Shown: positions 15,670-30,084 of the stretch, one piece after another
How the letters are laid out: each line of letters starts with the position of its first letter
Position numbering within the stretch: position 1 is the stretch's first letter
Origin: Tubiluchus corallicola
Taxonomy: Eukaryota; Animalia; Priapulida
Direction of reading: 5' to 3'
Length of the DNA: 64,000 bases
NCBI GenBank assembly: GCA_030141605.1
Contig: JAQGDQ010000378.1
Coordinates: 1-64,000, forward strand
Made by a program: the position numbers and the translations under genes
The notes under the pieces: model-generated
Database searches by the model: none
What the model saw: the letters and a program-made list of their open reading frames with translations, nothing else
Told to the model about the DNA's origin: nothing

Positions 15670-16042
15670 GGAATGAGCAAATAAGAGTATGAATGGCTGA
15701 ACGAACGAATGAATGATTGGGTGAATGAACGAGTAAACGAATAAGCGAATGAACGAATTAACGGATGAATGAATGAATAAATGAATGAGTGAATAAACAA
15801 ATGAATGAGTGAATAAACAAATGAATGAATAAATGAATGAATGAATCAATCAATCAATCAATGAACGAAAGAACAAATAAATGATTTAATGGGTGGATGG
15901 ATGGATGGATGGATGGATGAATGAATTAATAAATGAATGAATGAATAAATAAACGAACGAACGAACGAACGAACGAATAAATGATTAACTGGATGGATGG
16001 ATGGATGGATGGATGGATGGATGGATGGATGGATGGATGGAC
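15670..16042. repeat. Degenerate (GAAT)n/(GGAT)n/(GAAC)n microsatellite
   Basis: Directly visible. Confidence 0.92.
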
Positions 16043-16171
16043 AAACAAAAACGCCATTTTCTGACATCACTCATTCAAATACTGTTTTTTCATTAAGACT
16101 CATTTTATAGTGAGTATTGTGAAAAGTGTATTATTTAAAATAGCCAAGCGCGTGCACTTTGCTAAAACACC

Positions 16172-16485
16172 ACTAATTACATACTCACGCTTTTGGTAAG
16201 CACTTACTTGGTAAACTTTTAATTAATAATACATACCCTAATTTAAATGAATAACGTTTGTCGATAAAATCATAGTTTTTGCAATTTTTTCTGCAATAGT
16301 TCAGGACAGTCTGAACAGATGGTAGCACTGTTGCTGCAAGCAATTTGCTACTGTTACAGTAGTAGCGCAAAGCGTGGGACGCCATCTACCCAGCAAACGC
16401 CAATCATTGGAAATTATTGAATGCAGTATTAATTAAAAGTTCACCAAGTAAGTGCTTACCGAAAGTGTAAGTATGAAATTCAGTG
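16172..16485. mobile_element. MITE with ~60-bp terminal inverted repeats
   Basis: CATACTCACGCTTTTGGTAAGCACTTACTTGGTAAACTTTTAATTAATA pairs with TATTAATTAAAAGTTCACCAAGTAAGTGCTTACCGAAAGTGTAAGTATG. Confidence 0.8.
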
Positions 16486-18312
16486 CCTTATTTTTGTGCG
16501 TCTGTTGTTTTGTTTATTGTTTTTGTTTTGTTTATTACGAATTTCGTTTGCCTTCAGTATTAATTTCAGGAAAAATAAATATTAAACAAAATAAAAAAAC
16601 AAAAATAAACCAACATGTAAAAGTCGAAATTAAATTTTGAGCTTATCCTAACCCTAAACACGTAAAATGTGTTTATTACTTCAGATAAATCTTCATAAAA
16701 TTCTAAATGAAAGCTTCTAAATGTCAGCTGCATTTTTGCGTTTACTTCGTAAAGCTCATTTGAGACACAAAAATGACTAAGTGTTTCTCCAGATCGCCCA
16801 CAGATGTCGCAACGGCGCACCCGTAATTTTCACCCAAACCACGCCTTGATGGGGCGGTCTTTACGAAGAAGGCGGAGAACTAAGTGCTGCAGCGACTGCC
16901 CAGTTATTCTAATCCGAAACCGAAGCTGGATTTTATGCAACCTAGACAACACATCACAGGACGCTGCGTTAGGTAACATGTATCCCCTAATTACGATTGA
17001 AAAGATTCAGCAGTTTTCGAGACTAGATCTGAGTCGGGAAATTGCAGTCTTTATAAAAAGAGATGAGTTAATTATGAACGGCGCGTGGCAGAATCAGACA
17101 GTAACATTTTGCACAATAGACTTCACGCTTGGCTGACTGAATCAACATTGGAACTCATTACTTCCCCGTCACACAACAGTTTATATTGGCTTGTAAATAA
17201 ATCTTTACTGTAACTCATTTGGCTTTTACTGTAGGTAGGCTTACGTTTCTTAGATTTAACATTAACAAGCTGATAAGACCTGCAACGTAAATGTATTAAC
17301 TAATAACGCATAGTAAAGCAAGTAGTCACTCTTGTTACTGTAATAATGTGTATTTATTTTATTCACTTTTATTACCTATTAGTTCATAGAGTGACGTAAT
17401 CAAGCAAGGCAAGTAATATTTGCTCGTTTGTGATGTCGGCTACGGTCATCGGTCATTTTCAGGGGTTTAATGTTTCAAAACACCGTGAAAAATACGAACT
17501 TCGAGTCTTATCATTTTTTGATATATTTGCTTTTGTTAAATAAACTTTTTTATGATTAACTATTTCTTAATTTATACTTATAGCCTTAATCTCAGAAGGA
17601 ACACAATAGCAACAATGGCCACTGGTAGCAAAGTCCTTTAGTGAAATTTTTTTAAATGAAACCTCAAAATTTCAGCGTTACCTGCAGAAAGCCTCTTAAG
17701 CCAGAATATTTATAAAAATTTTTAATAATTTAAGCCTATTTTTCCCTGTAGATGGCCTCATTTTTCAAGTTTTGTTATCTTTATTTAATTTACAGCAAAA
17801 TGGCGTGCTATCAGCTTTTAATTTTTTTTTAATTTTGCCTGTTGAATGTGAAGTAAAAATTTGATTTAATTTTAGTTTTCACAAAAATACAAAGCATACA
17901 GTTTGTAAGAAATTCAGTCAGTTGACAGAATTCACTGGACGTTACTGTAATCCTTGTTACGATACAATATCAAAATTTTTTTGAGAAACCCCCTTTTCGG
18001 CGCTAAGTCTGCTAGTTCTTTTGTGGATTATAGTTTATTGGTGCTCTGGTTTTTCACACACAGTAATAACTACAAGAAGACAAGTTTACAAAACACACAC
18101 AACAAAAAACAGTTTACACAATCTAAACAACACAATAAGCGTAACCTGTAAAATGTTTTTGTATAACGTTCAACGAAGTAGGCCGACGGTAGTACATATT
18201 TAAAAATTATCTTATCTAAGACGTTTTAATTTTTGTCAACTCATCATCGCATAATATCACATCTACAATGTCTTAATGACTTTCGTTTAAACATAATGTT
18301 ATCCACGTTAGA

Positions 18313-18590
<278 letters not shown>

Positions 18591-21091
18591 TATTATAGGA
18601 TTGGATCAGACAGTTTCAAAACGTGATTTAAGATCCTCACAACAGACTATATAAACTTTTTACAAAACTTTCAATAAGAAATGAGTATATCTACACAAGC
18701 TGACAAGTTTACAACAAAGATAAGGTCAGATAAAATTTGTTTAAAGTCGATGATTTCAGGTAACATGAGTTGTTAGCTCTTTATCGACTATATTGTAACT
18801 TACTGCTTAATCTAAAGCTAATCAAGCCTCAGTAAAACTTAAACTAATCTAAAATTACATACAGACAGTAGAACCTACATTTTTGCAAGATAAAAAAGAA
18901 ATACAATACGAAAGAAACTTTAGCACAATATTTGTGTTACACGATTTCAGCCTAAAACCTAAATTAATTAAAAAATAAAACCAAGTATGTTTTTAATAAA
19001 AACGTTAATATAAGTAATAAATCGACAGTTAAAACCTTTAATCTATGAATATTTATGGCTGATGCATTTCATATGAAGACCTTTATGTGCATTTCATTTA
19101 AAATTTAATTGCGTTTTATTAATTCAGTCAATATTAATAGTTTAATCATTACTGCCTGTCAGAAACACAAATTAAGAGCGCATTGTTAAGTGGAGTTCTT
19201 ATCATAGTAAAAATGATCCAGTAATTTTGTCTGTCGATTAATGTTTTAACCTCTGCAAGAAATCCTTTGTTGTTTGACTATAAATATGCAGGTGTTTTGT
19301 CAATGATAGAGAATCATTATTACGCTGCGTTTATTTTTGAATAAAGGAAAACGTAAAACTCACGGATGAGTTGGAGGCAAGCCTGTGTGCTTTTCGCTTT
19401 TCTGTGCATGTTTTCCATGAAAAATGTTTGGTGACCTTTGACCTCTATTTTGATTTAAGTTGACAAAACCAACGCAGTTCAATGTTTTTATGCAAAATCA
19501 ACATCACACACAAACCATTCACTTTGGGTCATGTGAACAGAAAAAATCTTTTATACCATGTAGATATTTCAACGGTTCACTTTCCTTTACTGTGCTGCCA
19601 TTATCATTTTAAAGGGCTTCTGTTCACGTGTTAACTGTTACAGTGAATGAAATAAAACCGCAGTATGTACCAAAATATCCCTGAATTATTACCTTGGTAA
19701 CTTTCCCAGTGAAATGTCTTAAAACAAAAAAATTAGTAGAAAACAAAAAAAAACGATAAAACTACAAACGTTTCAGCAATCACTGCAGTAACTAAGAATT
19801 AACTAAAAACAGTTTTTAAAAACAACATACGCTTATAGAGCCTACATAGCTGGAACCTAATAACTGATACAGTAAAATAACCTGTTGTTATGAAAGCAGA
19901 TCTACGAAAGGTGCAACAAAAAGGGTTAGTTAGCAGTGTTAAGGGAATACATAAATGCTTTGTTTATTAAGAAAAGTTTACCGCTACAATCTTTCTTTAT
20001 TAACAAGTTCTCCCTTGATGTTCAGCCATGCAGTTCTATACATCTAACACTGTTTTCAAGTATTTGTATCAGCGGGTTTTAATATATATTTATAAGCTTG
20101 CTTACACAAAATTACAAAATTGCCATTTTGTAGCATTTTGTACTCTATTATTAACCTTGATCTGCTATTAGCATTAGGCCCACATAAACTGTTACCTTTC
20201 AAGAAAACATTTTTATTTCGTTTACGGCGAGTGTAGCGTAGTTGAGGAGTTTTATTCTCCTTTATTCTCCTTTATTCTTTTAATAGAGTTGTTGTTTTCA
20301 AATCTGGAATAGATTTCTTGATTGTTGGCTCTCATAAAAATATATTTTCTTCCACAGTTTATTCAACACAAAATGTAAATACAATGTTAAAATATTACGG
20401 CCTTGCTACAATTTCTACCCAACATAAAGATAATTCACAGTACATATGGCATTACCTGTTTTACTAACATCTTTATCTTTGTAAACTGTATATTTTTATA
20501 CGAAATAAACTCATAATAATAATAATAATAATTTGCCATCACCAGAGGTTCTAATGTGGTAATGAAGCATGCAATACTGGCAACAGGTTTGAGATGCAGG
20601 CTTATTTGTTTTTGAGATACCGTATGGTAACAGATAGCAACCTGCAGAACAACGTTGGTGCATGGTTCAGAGAATCATGTAGATATTAACAGTGATATAT
20701 TATTTACCAGAGCTACCAGGGAAGGTCGAAATTCACGTTAGTACAACCATCAACGCTACCAGCGCAACAAAGAAGTGCTTTAGGTAGGCCTATTTATTAT
20801 GACCACGTTCAAAAAACCCAGTGCAATAATCTACCTTTACATATTGTCCAAATCTCGGACACATTGAAATTTAGCACAGTAATACAAGAATTTGATCTAA
20901 CATTGGACAGGAATCGCATAAATGTACACTAGATAGTGTTTTTTCCGTCCCCACGCATGCGCGCTGCAATCACATTCGCAAAAGAATGCTGCCGCATCTA
21001 CACGTTCAGATTTTTATTGAGTCTGATAGACATAATTTTAGACAGATAGTCGTATTTTAAGAATGCATTAAATCGACAGAGTGCATCTTAC

Positions 21092-21154
21092 CTGGTTTTG
21101 GAAGTCGGTTTATGTTTGACTGAGACAGAGGTAAACTGTTTCTCTGCGGCGTCC
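21092..21154 (-). CDS. Candidate 63-nt internal coding exon of the minus-strand gene
   Basis: tttcatttgtag|GGACGCC...CCAAAACCAG|gtaaga: canonical acceptor and strong donor, length a multiple of 3. Phase 1 reads (G)TPQRNSLPLSQSNINRLPKP and matches the CAAG| donor at 36557. Confidence 0.6.
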
Positions 21155-21827
21155 CTACAAATGAAATTCGATGAGTTTGTGAGCATTTTCTACACAACAA
21201 GTATTCAGACTATGCTAATGTTACATGTCAGTAGTTGCAGCCCATCCAGAGTATTCTATTTAGTGTGAAGCCCTGCACGTGCTACTAACTCTTAATTATA
21301 CCTAAACTTAATTGCAATGTCACTAACTTAAGAAGGAGAAAACTCAAAATTTACGATTTTTTGGATTTCAAATTTCGTCAAAATGAAGATGTAAACATTT
21401 TGTATCTGTACTTTTAGTATTTGGAATAAATGTACTTCATTTCAAAAAGTCGGACCGAGTCTAAATCTTCTTGGATTTAAATTAGTTCTGAATTTTCTAC
21501 TTTTTTGTCTTGTATTTTGTCTTGGACTTTGGCCATAGGGGAGACTGAGGGGTCTTAGACATTGAACTTTTAACTTTAGGTTCCTGGTTCAAATCCAGGC
21601 ATGCAGTCATTTCAATTTCATTTTTTTGAAACTGTTAAATTGCGTGAGTTTTCGTCTCACGGCAAGTTTCAGATAACAAATACGGTGTAACAATAATTAC
21701 AGCTAAATGCATCAAATTTAAAAGTCATTGCTGCAAGTATCGCAGTTTTGTTTTCTTCTTTATCTTCATAACATGGCTGTAAATGCCACCACTGGTAGAA
21801 GAAGTCACTAATATTGGAGTCGTCGCT

Positions 21828-22095
<268 letters not shown>

Positions 22096-22299
22096 CTTCA
22101 GCATTCCAATCATAATTGTCAATCAACGCCATCATTGTCGTGACGTCATCAGCATTATTCATAGTTTATTACTACTACATGTGATGCCACTGCTGTCAGA
22201 ATCATTGATATCAACAACACAATCTATTTTTTCAAATTAGCTGACAATTAACGATATTATTAATTGGACAACATGATTTTTTCATTCTGTTTTTTCCAG

Positions 22300-22317
22300 C
22301 GGCAGCGACAGTAGCAT

Positions 22318-22374
<57 letters not shown>

Positions 22375-22385
22375 CAGTAGAAGCA
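22300..22385. repeat. (CAG)n microsatellite
   Basis: About 16 perfect CAG units plus degenerate flanks. Confidence 0.95.
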
Positions 22386-23204
22386 GGAGCGCAGGGGGAG
22401 CAATAAGAGTTACTGTAACAGAAGCAAGATTTCAGATAGCAACACGCTGATTAACTATCTATCTCATGCGACCACCAAGTTTGCAAAATCTGGACGACGT
22501 TGATTACCTCCCCGGGTTTAATTACCACTAATTGGCGTCGTGCGATGCTTTGATCTGTCCATTTATGTACACAGGATCAGAAGCAAAGTCTATGGGTAAT
22601 GGAGGCACGCGTGCGGCGGCGTTACGCCACCATTACGCCTCGCCGCGACTACCGCGGCGCAGACAATGGATGAGACGTGAGAGTAATCAGCATCATCTCT
22701 GTTGTTTATCGTGACTAATCCGAGATGTACACTATTGACTGGTTATGCTAATGGCCGGCTCGGGACATTAGTGGTTAGACAGCAGCAATATGGCCGACCG
22801 AATATCGCTAATTAACTTATTTAAGCAGGCATTAATTTCTCCCTAGGTGCATTAGCACTTGGGTGACGGGGATCGTGTTACTTAAAGGCAGGAAATGCAC
22901 TCAGCTAGGACTGGTGGTAGCGAATCGTTTTTTTCATAGTTATTAGTGGTATAAAATCATGCGGCCAAAATCAATTAAAACCAGGAACAAAAGAGGACTG
23001 AAATAAATGCATTGTGTCATAGAGTTATTGTGTTCAACGTCATTGCACTCTCTGCGATTGTAGGTTATGTATCTTAATAATTTTTTTGATATCAATAAAG
23101 TAAAATAAAATAAAAATAAATCAATCGAAATAATTTTGAAAACTGAAAAAATTTTGTAGTTTTTTTTTTTGTATCAAAAATACAAAAAAGAAAATGACAA
23201 GATT

Positions 23205-23403
23205 TATTTACCGTCGCTCGTTTAACACACAACGTTAGCACAAATTACTATTTAGCAAGTTGCACAACAATGTAGGTAAGCTGACAAGAGACAACAAATA
23301 ACATGTAGGGTATATGCCCTGGTGTTTGCAGTCGGTAGTATCGAACTCAAGACTGCGAGATTGCAGTCCGAAATCTAAACCACTCGGCTATACAACCCAG
23401 GGC
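23205..23403 (-). mobile_element. tRNA-derived SINE, copy 1
   Basis: Minus strand TAGCCGAGTGG (A box)...GGACTGCAATC...GAGTTCGATAC (B box) plus ~110-nt body; homologous to 33271-33463. Confidence 0.75.
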
Positions 23404-24191
23404 AAATATATATGTGAGCAGGGTTTGTTGGTACTTGTTTATTAGCGAAAGTTTATTATGTCTATTAATGTGACCTGTTTTTGCCCTCTTAACAAATTAA
23501 CATTAGAAAAAATGTAGAGTTGGTAAAAAAATCTGTTTCTTTTTCACTACGGTTGAGTTGAAATATGTGTTAATCTGGTTTGCATTAAATATTAAGTAGT
23601 ATTTATTAAAGAATATTTTTATTGGCAAACAAAAGATAGCTATTCTAGTTTATTCAAAGAAATTGCAATAAGTTTATTTCAAGTTACGTAAATGTTGCTA
23701 AAATATATGATGAGTAAAAAATATAAAGACAGGTGCAGGCGGGTTAGTGTCGTGGCAAGGTCAGAGGCGGCCACAATTTCATTAGCCTAGGGGCTCCAAA
23801 AGGTCATAACTGGATTACGACCTTGAGGGCTCTCTATTTTTAACATTTGCTAAAAATACTAAAACACGGTAGAACTACAAAAAATTGCGAACTGCATCAA
23901 AATTATACATGCAATCATACACGAACACATGAAAAATGAAAGACAGAATTTAAGATAATGCATTTTAAATCGCATTTGCCACAGGAAACTAATGAGAAGA
24001 TTAAAATACACAACAAAGAAAGATTGGCCACTGACGTGTTGAAAAATCAGGGTAGTCTGTCCCGTAGAAGGAAGGCGGAAGTGAGGAAAACGCCAAAAGC
24101 CAAGTGGTAAAATTATAAGAAGCTAAAATACTTTTTGTATTGCTAAAAAACTCCAAGAAAACAACTTGTAGAGTAATTAACTGTTTTTTGG

Positions 24192-24292
24192 GATGATGAT
24201 GATGATGATGATGATGACGACGACGATGACGACGACGATGATGATGATGATGATGATGACGACGATGATAATAATAATAATAATAATATAAC
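24192..24292. repeat. (GAT/GAC)n-(TAA)n microsatellite
   Basis: Directly visible. Confidence 0.95.
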
Positions 24293-25349
24293 AATAATTG
24301 AGGTCTTCGTAATTTAACACTAATGTCTGTAGCCACAGTCATTTTTCATTAAAAATGCGCATTTTACGAAGAAAAAACCAAGTACTCACAGCTAAGACTA
24401 AAAAAACACTCTTGACATAGACATTATTAAGATATCTACTGTTATGCATGAAACGAAGATTATTGGCTGGCAGACTCAAAAAGCCAGTTTACTTGATTTT
24501 ATGTCAAAATGTGGCTAACAACGTGGCAAGACTATGATATTATTAAAGTATTTTGAACTTAAATTAATCAGTCATTTGATCGCACGTATTTGAAAAATTG
24601 ATGATAATCATTTTTATTATACATCTATGAACAAAACTCTGTACTACCCTCTCACTTTTCAGCTGTGGTTTAGAATATGTGAATTTCCTAGCTCTTCGAT
24701 TTTCCGTTTTCCTTTTAGGAGGAAGAAGCTTAAGCAAAGGATGTGCAGTAGGTTAGATTTTAGTAACATTTTGTCGTCTCGTCTTTTTTATCTAATAATG
24801 TGTTAATACTAGGTCCTGTTTTCTTACGCTATGCAATCTCTGCTTATTAAATTTTAATAGATAATAGTCACATAATCGAAACCCAGTAGCTACAAGTGAT
24901 TAATATAAGACATATAAATATATAAAAATAGCATAGACCACATGGCAAGAAATAATTTCAGTAGGAAAAGTGACATAATCTCCTAATTATTTATTTGTAA
25001 TAATTCATCCATGCGCCTTACTTTCCCACGCAACCAAAAGCATCACCGTTCATCATTAATAAATTTAAACTTTTCTCTCATAATGACTAATCAATTTTAT
25101 CTGTGATCTATAGAAACTGTCCTGTTACTGACAAGACCGTGTGCATAATGCATTATTACGACATGGCTGCGTGCGTGCACGTGAGTGTAATTAAACATAC
25201 ACGCGTGCACGCGCACTCATGCGTGCACAAAAGCCTGAAAGGCTGTCTGGTTAGGCAATGAAGCACAGAGTTGTACGTAAACGAATTTATGTTTAATTTT
25301 AAGACGGTTACTATAGAATTGCTTTGAAGGTATTAGATTAGCAATTCAA

Positions 25350-25572
25350 CGAAAATCATAGACGGATAAATGGATGTTTTTAACGAAGAATTTTACTTTT
25401 ATTCTTTCTTACAAATCAGATATTTCCTAATCCATTACAGGTTTCTTCCTCATGTCGCTCACATAAACACGGAGGAAAGAACCCGCAATGGCTCTCGAAA
25501 TATCTGTTTTGTAAGAAAGAATAAAACTAGAATTCTTTGTTAAAAATATCCATGAATACGTTTATGATTTTT
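25350..25572. mobile_element. Palindromic MITE with ~100-bp arms
   Basis: ATGGATGTTTTTAACGAAGAATTTTACTTTTATTCTTTCTTACAAATCAGATATTTC pairs with GAAATATCTGTTTTGTAAGAAAGAATAAAACTAGAATTCTTTGTTAAAAATATCCAT; short central loop. Confidence 0.85.
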
Positions 25573-26363
25573 CTTGTATTGATATTTTCAATAATAGATG
25601 CCGAACCGATTAAAATCTCTGTTAGATTACCTTCTTCTGAAAAATTCTTAACAAACATGATGTGAATTTTGCTTAATATTCAGTTATATATCAAACTGAT
25701 ATTATTCTGGTTATAAAGAATTATAAACTCTATTAAATTGTGTTATTAAATTTAATTTTTCTTTTGAAAAAAGCTAGAACGTTAATTTAGTTATTTTGCG
25801 TTTGTAAAATAGACTCTTATCTTAAATATGGAGAAGCTGAGAGGCCAACGCGCGATTTGCATATTGAAATTGCTATTAACTATTTTATCTGAAGTTAATG
25901 TTGGAGAAATGAAATTATTTGAATTGAATAGAATTTTTTATCTAGTGCTGCAACTATGTAGATATTTGTGGCAGGACTGGAACCATACTAGTTATCTAGA
26001 ATAATCCTTTAAGACCAGACACTAGACAGGCAAGAGGTATTTTGGCCACATTCCAGTTTTGTTGCTCAAAGAGAAAAACAAGCTTAAACACAAATAAACA
26101 ATAAAGGTTAAAAAATTCGTTTTGAAGTTTTGTATCACTTTCATCTGTCTTACGTCCTTATTGCATAAAGAGCTGGCGTGAGCCGTAACGCTGTACAAAA
26201 TTCCTGCGATCAGCGTTAGGCGCAGCTATTTTGACGACATAATTGCGGTAAGTTTTAAAAAATAATCAGATTAGTGTAGCATACTCTTTGCTAATCAAGG
26301 GAAAGTGTAAATCACTGTATATTGTCAGGATTCTATAGTGACAATAAGATCAATAATATGTTT

Positions 26364-26747
26364 TTGGTGAATCAATGGTGCACACTGGGATGGTGATGCA
26401 GTGCTGTTGGTGAATCAATGGTGCACACTGGGATGGTGATGCAGTGCTGTTGGTGAATCAATGGTGCACACTGGGATGGTGACGCAGTGCTGTTGGTGAA
26501 TCAATGGTGCACACTGGGATGGTGACGCAGTGCTGTTGGTGAATCAATGGTGTACACTGGGATGGTGACGCAGTGCTGTTGGTGAATCAATGGTGCACAC
26601 TGGGATGGTGACGCAGTGCTGTTGCTGAATCAATGGTGCACACTGGGATGGTGACGCAGTGCTGTTGGTGAATCAATGGTGCACACTGGGATGGTGATGC
26701 AGTGCTGTTGGTGAATCAATGGTGCACACTGGGATGGTGACGCAGTG
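26364..26747. repeat. 43-bp minisatellite, ~9 copies
   Basis: Unit TTGGTGAATCAATGGTGCACACTGGGATGGTGA(C/T)GCAGTGCTG, head-to-tail with no spacers. Confidence 0.97.
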
Positions 26748-29700
26748 TCGTTTTAGTAGATGGTGCAAACATTTAAATTATTAAAAATTTCCCTTTCCCC
26801 TTGTACAAAGCTTTTAAACAGGTGAAGGTAATTCAATGCTAAGTAATATAACTTTGTATGAAAAAACTTCTTTAAGAATTATTTTAAAACTCCCTTTTCT
26901 TCCCTTTAAATTAAGCAGCCGGGGCAACATGACATATGAAACCACCCAAAGCAGTTTTTTTTCTGGAGGTCATCCAACTAGTCACAAGTCAATCACCACA
27001 TTGCTCAAGTTCAGTTGCTAAACGCGTACTGTGATCACTCGACTATTTTGCGATCACTCAGTAAACCAGTGCCATAGCAAAGTTTTCAAAAAATTTCCAT
27101 TTTTTGTTTTCTAGAAGTTTTTTACTTACAGCAAACTTCCAAGCAAAAAAAATTCACAATTCACTGTTGGCTATTACCGCAAAATATGATTAAAAACAAC
27201 GCTTACAGTTATTACCTCCTCACAGAGAGAAAAATTTAATAGAAAGCGAACAAGAGTAATTGGTGCATGGCGTGTCACAGCCTCAGCAACACACAGGTAA
27301 AGCTGAATCCATAACAAATGCCTTGATGCAATACAAACTGTACGAGTTATTAACAGTTATTTTAGTCTTAAGTGCAGGTGGTTCGCCAAGTGCATTGTTT
27401 CTCTAGCTAAGCTAATAAATCACTCAATAAAATTACGTTTAATGGCGCAGCCTGTCAGAGGGAGAGTCAACACTGCGATTGTAGCCTGAGCGAAATGATG
27501 AGAAATGACTTGGACAAGGTTAAACGCGTTGTGTGAGTAATATAAGTAATATACTCGTGCACCGTGTTTGATTTAAACACACTATAATGTGCGCGTTTAT
27601 GTCATAAATGTACGTCCAAAACTGGCAATAAAATATATCCCACGTCGTGATGGGAAGCGGGGGTCATAATAAGAAAAGAGCACCGAAAATGTGGAGTGGA
27701 AGGGGCGTCACATGAATTTACCCCAAAGCAAGCCTAAAGGAATATTTACTTGTGCACGATAGCGCGATAGTATTACACATTGAGTCTTTATCTTAAAAAT
27801 AATCGTTAAAATATTTTAATAGAATTAAGTCAGGCATGTAGAAAAGTTTTTGACATACAAAAATGGTTTCTGTATAATTATGTATTGTGTGTATGGTTTC
27901 CCTGTATCATTAATATGCACAAATTTATGCTAATTCAAAATCATTAATATGCACAAATTTATGCTAATTTAAAACGGTTTAGCAGGTGGCGACACAGGTT
28001 CTGCAAACAAGTTCTGATGTTATGCAGTATGGTGCGTATGACGCCATATACTATCACAAACAGAAAGCGAAAATGAAAACACTGATAGGCCACACAAGCA
28101 ATCGGATTTCAATTATTAATGAGTAACATTGCTAAATTATAGTAAAAAGATCTATTGTTACAATTGGTTTTAAAATGTTTTACTGACTTTGTGATGCTAT
28201 TTTTCCAAATTTTATTTTGTAAGCAATGTCTCTTATGTGTCTTTCGTTCTTTTTTCTATTTTTATTGTATTCACACCTTTGTGTTAAATTTTCTGTTAAC
28301 GTGTGAGTATTTAATAAAACCAATTATTTATTTTTATTTATTTATTTATTTGTAACAAGAAGTCTAATAGAACACTGGCAAATATTCAACATATAATAGA
28401 GTTCATAACATTTCTTTTTTCTCACTAATGTCTTTAGAGCCGTATGAAAATTGTGAGGCGATTAAGATGCTTATTTCACAATTGCCGTTATGTTTGGCTC
28501 TTTAACATTCAATGTGCAACATTTTAATTGCACATTAGTCTTGTTCTGGGTGTTTTTAAAACCAAAATTTAAAACCGAATCCCAACATTACAAATTCGTA
28601 ACTAATTTTATTATTCGTCTTTTGTTCGCGATTCAATTACTAAAACTTAATTACACAACGCGCGATAATTATTTTAATTAACAATTTTTAATTGGAGACG
28701 AAGCTCTATAAGCAACAACTTTCGTTTTTCAAATAACTTAATTCTGTGAAAATGATATAATACAGGGTGGTACAAAAACAAAGAACCACATCACAGAGAT
28801 TTTTTAACTATGGCTCAAGGAACTAGCCAAAGAAAATTAAAAAACCTAGAGGCGTAAACTTCAAAGTTATTCGAGCTACGTTGCTGATGTATTCTTCGAT
28901 TATCAGCCAGAACAATATGAATTTAAAAATGTTAACGTCTTTGGCTTCGACACTGCTTTCTGGATGTTTGAATTCTTCTTGACTTGCTCATAATTCAATT
29001 CAATTCAAGTTTATTTACACAAATACAATTACGTACAATGGCAAAAACACGAGTTTGTACAAGCTTTATAACAAAAATATTACTGTACTGACGATTTAAA
29101 AACACTGACATACTAACGTCTATGCACTTCAATTTTTCCAATTCAATTCAGTTGGCTCTAATGCATCAAAGGAAAAGCTGATTAAATCTGTTTAACTTAT
29201 CTTTATCTTTATTTTTGTTCATATATAACCTATGCATTGTAAAAAGTTATATATTACCCTGTACAAAGTTGCGTACAGCTTTACTCATACAGCTTTCTGT
29301 ATCTCCTTTATCAAATTACAACAAAATTTTCTTATAATCTAAGCGAACGTAATACAGCTTACCGAACACAGATTTTTTTACCAACTGTTACCAATTCTTG
29401 AAGGGTCCTAGGCTGCAGCCTATAAAGCCTATAGGTTAACCCGGCCCTGAGGTCTTTCCTATGTGTTTTTTACTAGTGGCACATCTCATGCACTCGTAAT
29501 TTTAGAGAAATTTTCCACCGTGAGAATCTTTTGCATCTTATTAAAATCTCAGACGCCCCCCCGCACTCGTTATTAAAACGTCAAACAAATTTGTGAGGCT
29601 AATCAGGAACTGACAACAGGCGACCACGTGACCAGTTTCAATCACAATAACTAAGACAATAATGGAAGGACCCAGATCACGTTCATGGCTAAATGTGTGT

Positions 29701-30084
29701 TTGCCCAATGATCACAGGAAGGTGAGATTTGATTAATTGTACACACAATGTGTTGTTATAAGCGTTATTATCTTTTCATTGTAGCTTTATTGCCTCTGAT
29801 CCTGACACTTAATTTTAACTCACAATGTGTCGTAAATTGGCAATCAGAACCCCCCTCTCGTAACCAGAACAATAGGCGAGGGGGTTGTAAAATGTAAATT
29901 GTTTCTGTAATCTCGGCTATGGGTTTATGGGGCCTTCAGTAGAACGAAGTTTACCCTGATTGCTTAATCAGTCATGCTGAAAGTCTCAAAATGAGTTAAA
30001 ACGTATGCTACAGGCAGTTCATTGTACAAGCAAGTGCATCTGTGATGATGATGACGCGCTAAACAAATTGTAATGATCAATTCT

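Noticed and set aside
18020-18300. Additional minus-strand LINE 3' end (also ~28990-29370)
   Set aside because: Only faint motif traces (e.g. YYRRPTS; AATAAA plus TTGAA tail); too decayed to call.
23315-23403. Functional tRNA-Cys gene
   Set aside because: Stems are degenerate and the homology to a second copy extends well beyond the tRNA part, as expected for a SINE.
26364-26747. CRISPR-like array
   Set aside because: Units are contiguous with no unique spacers, there are no cas genes, and the context is eukaryotic.
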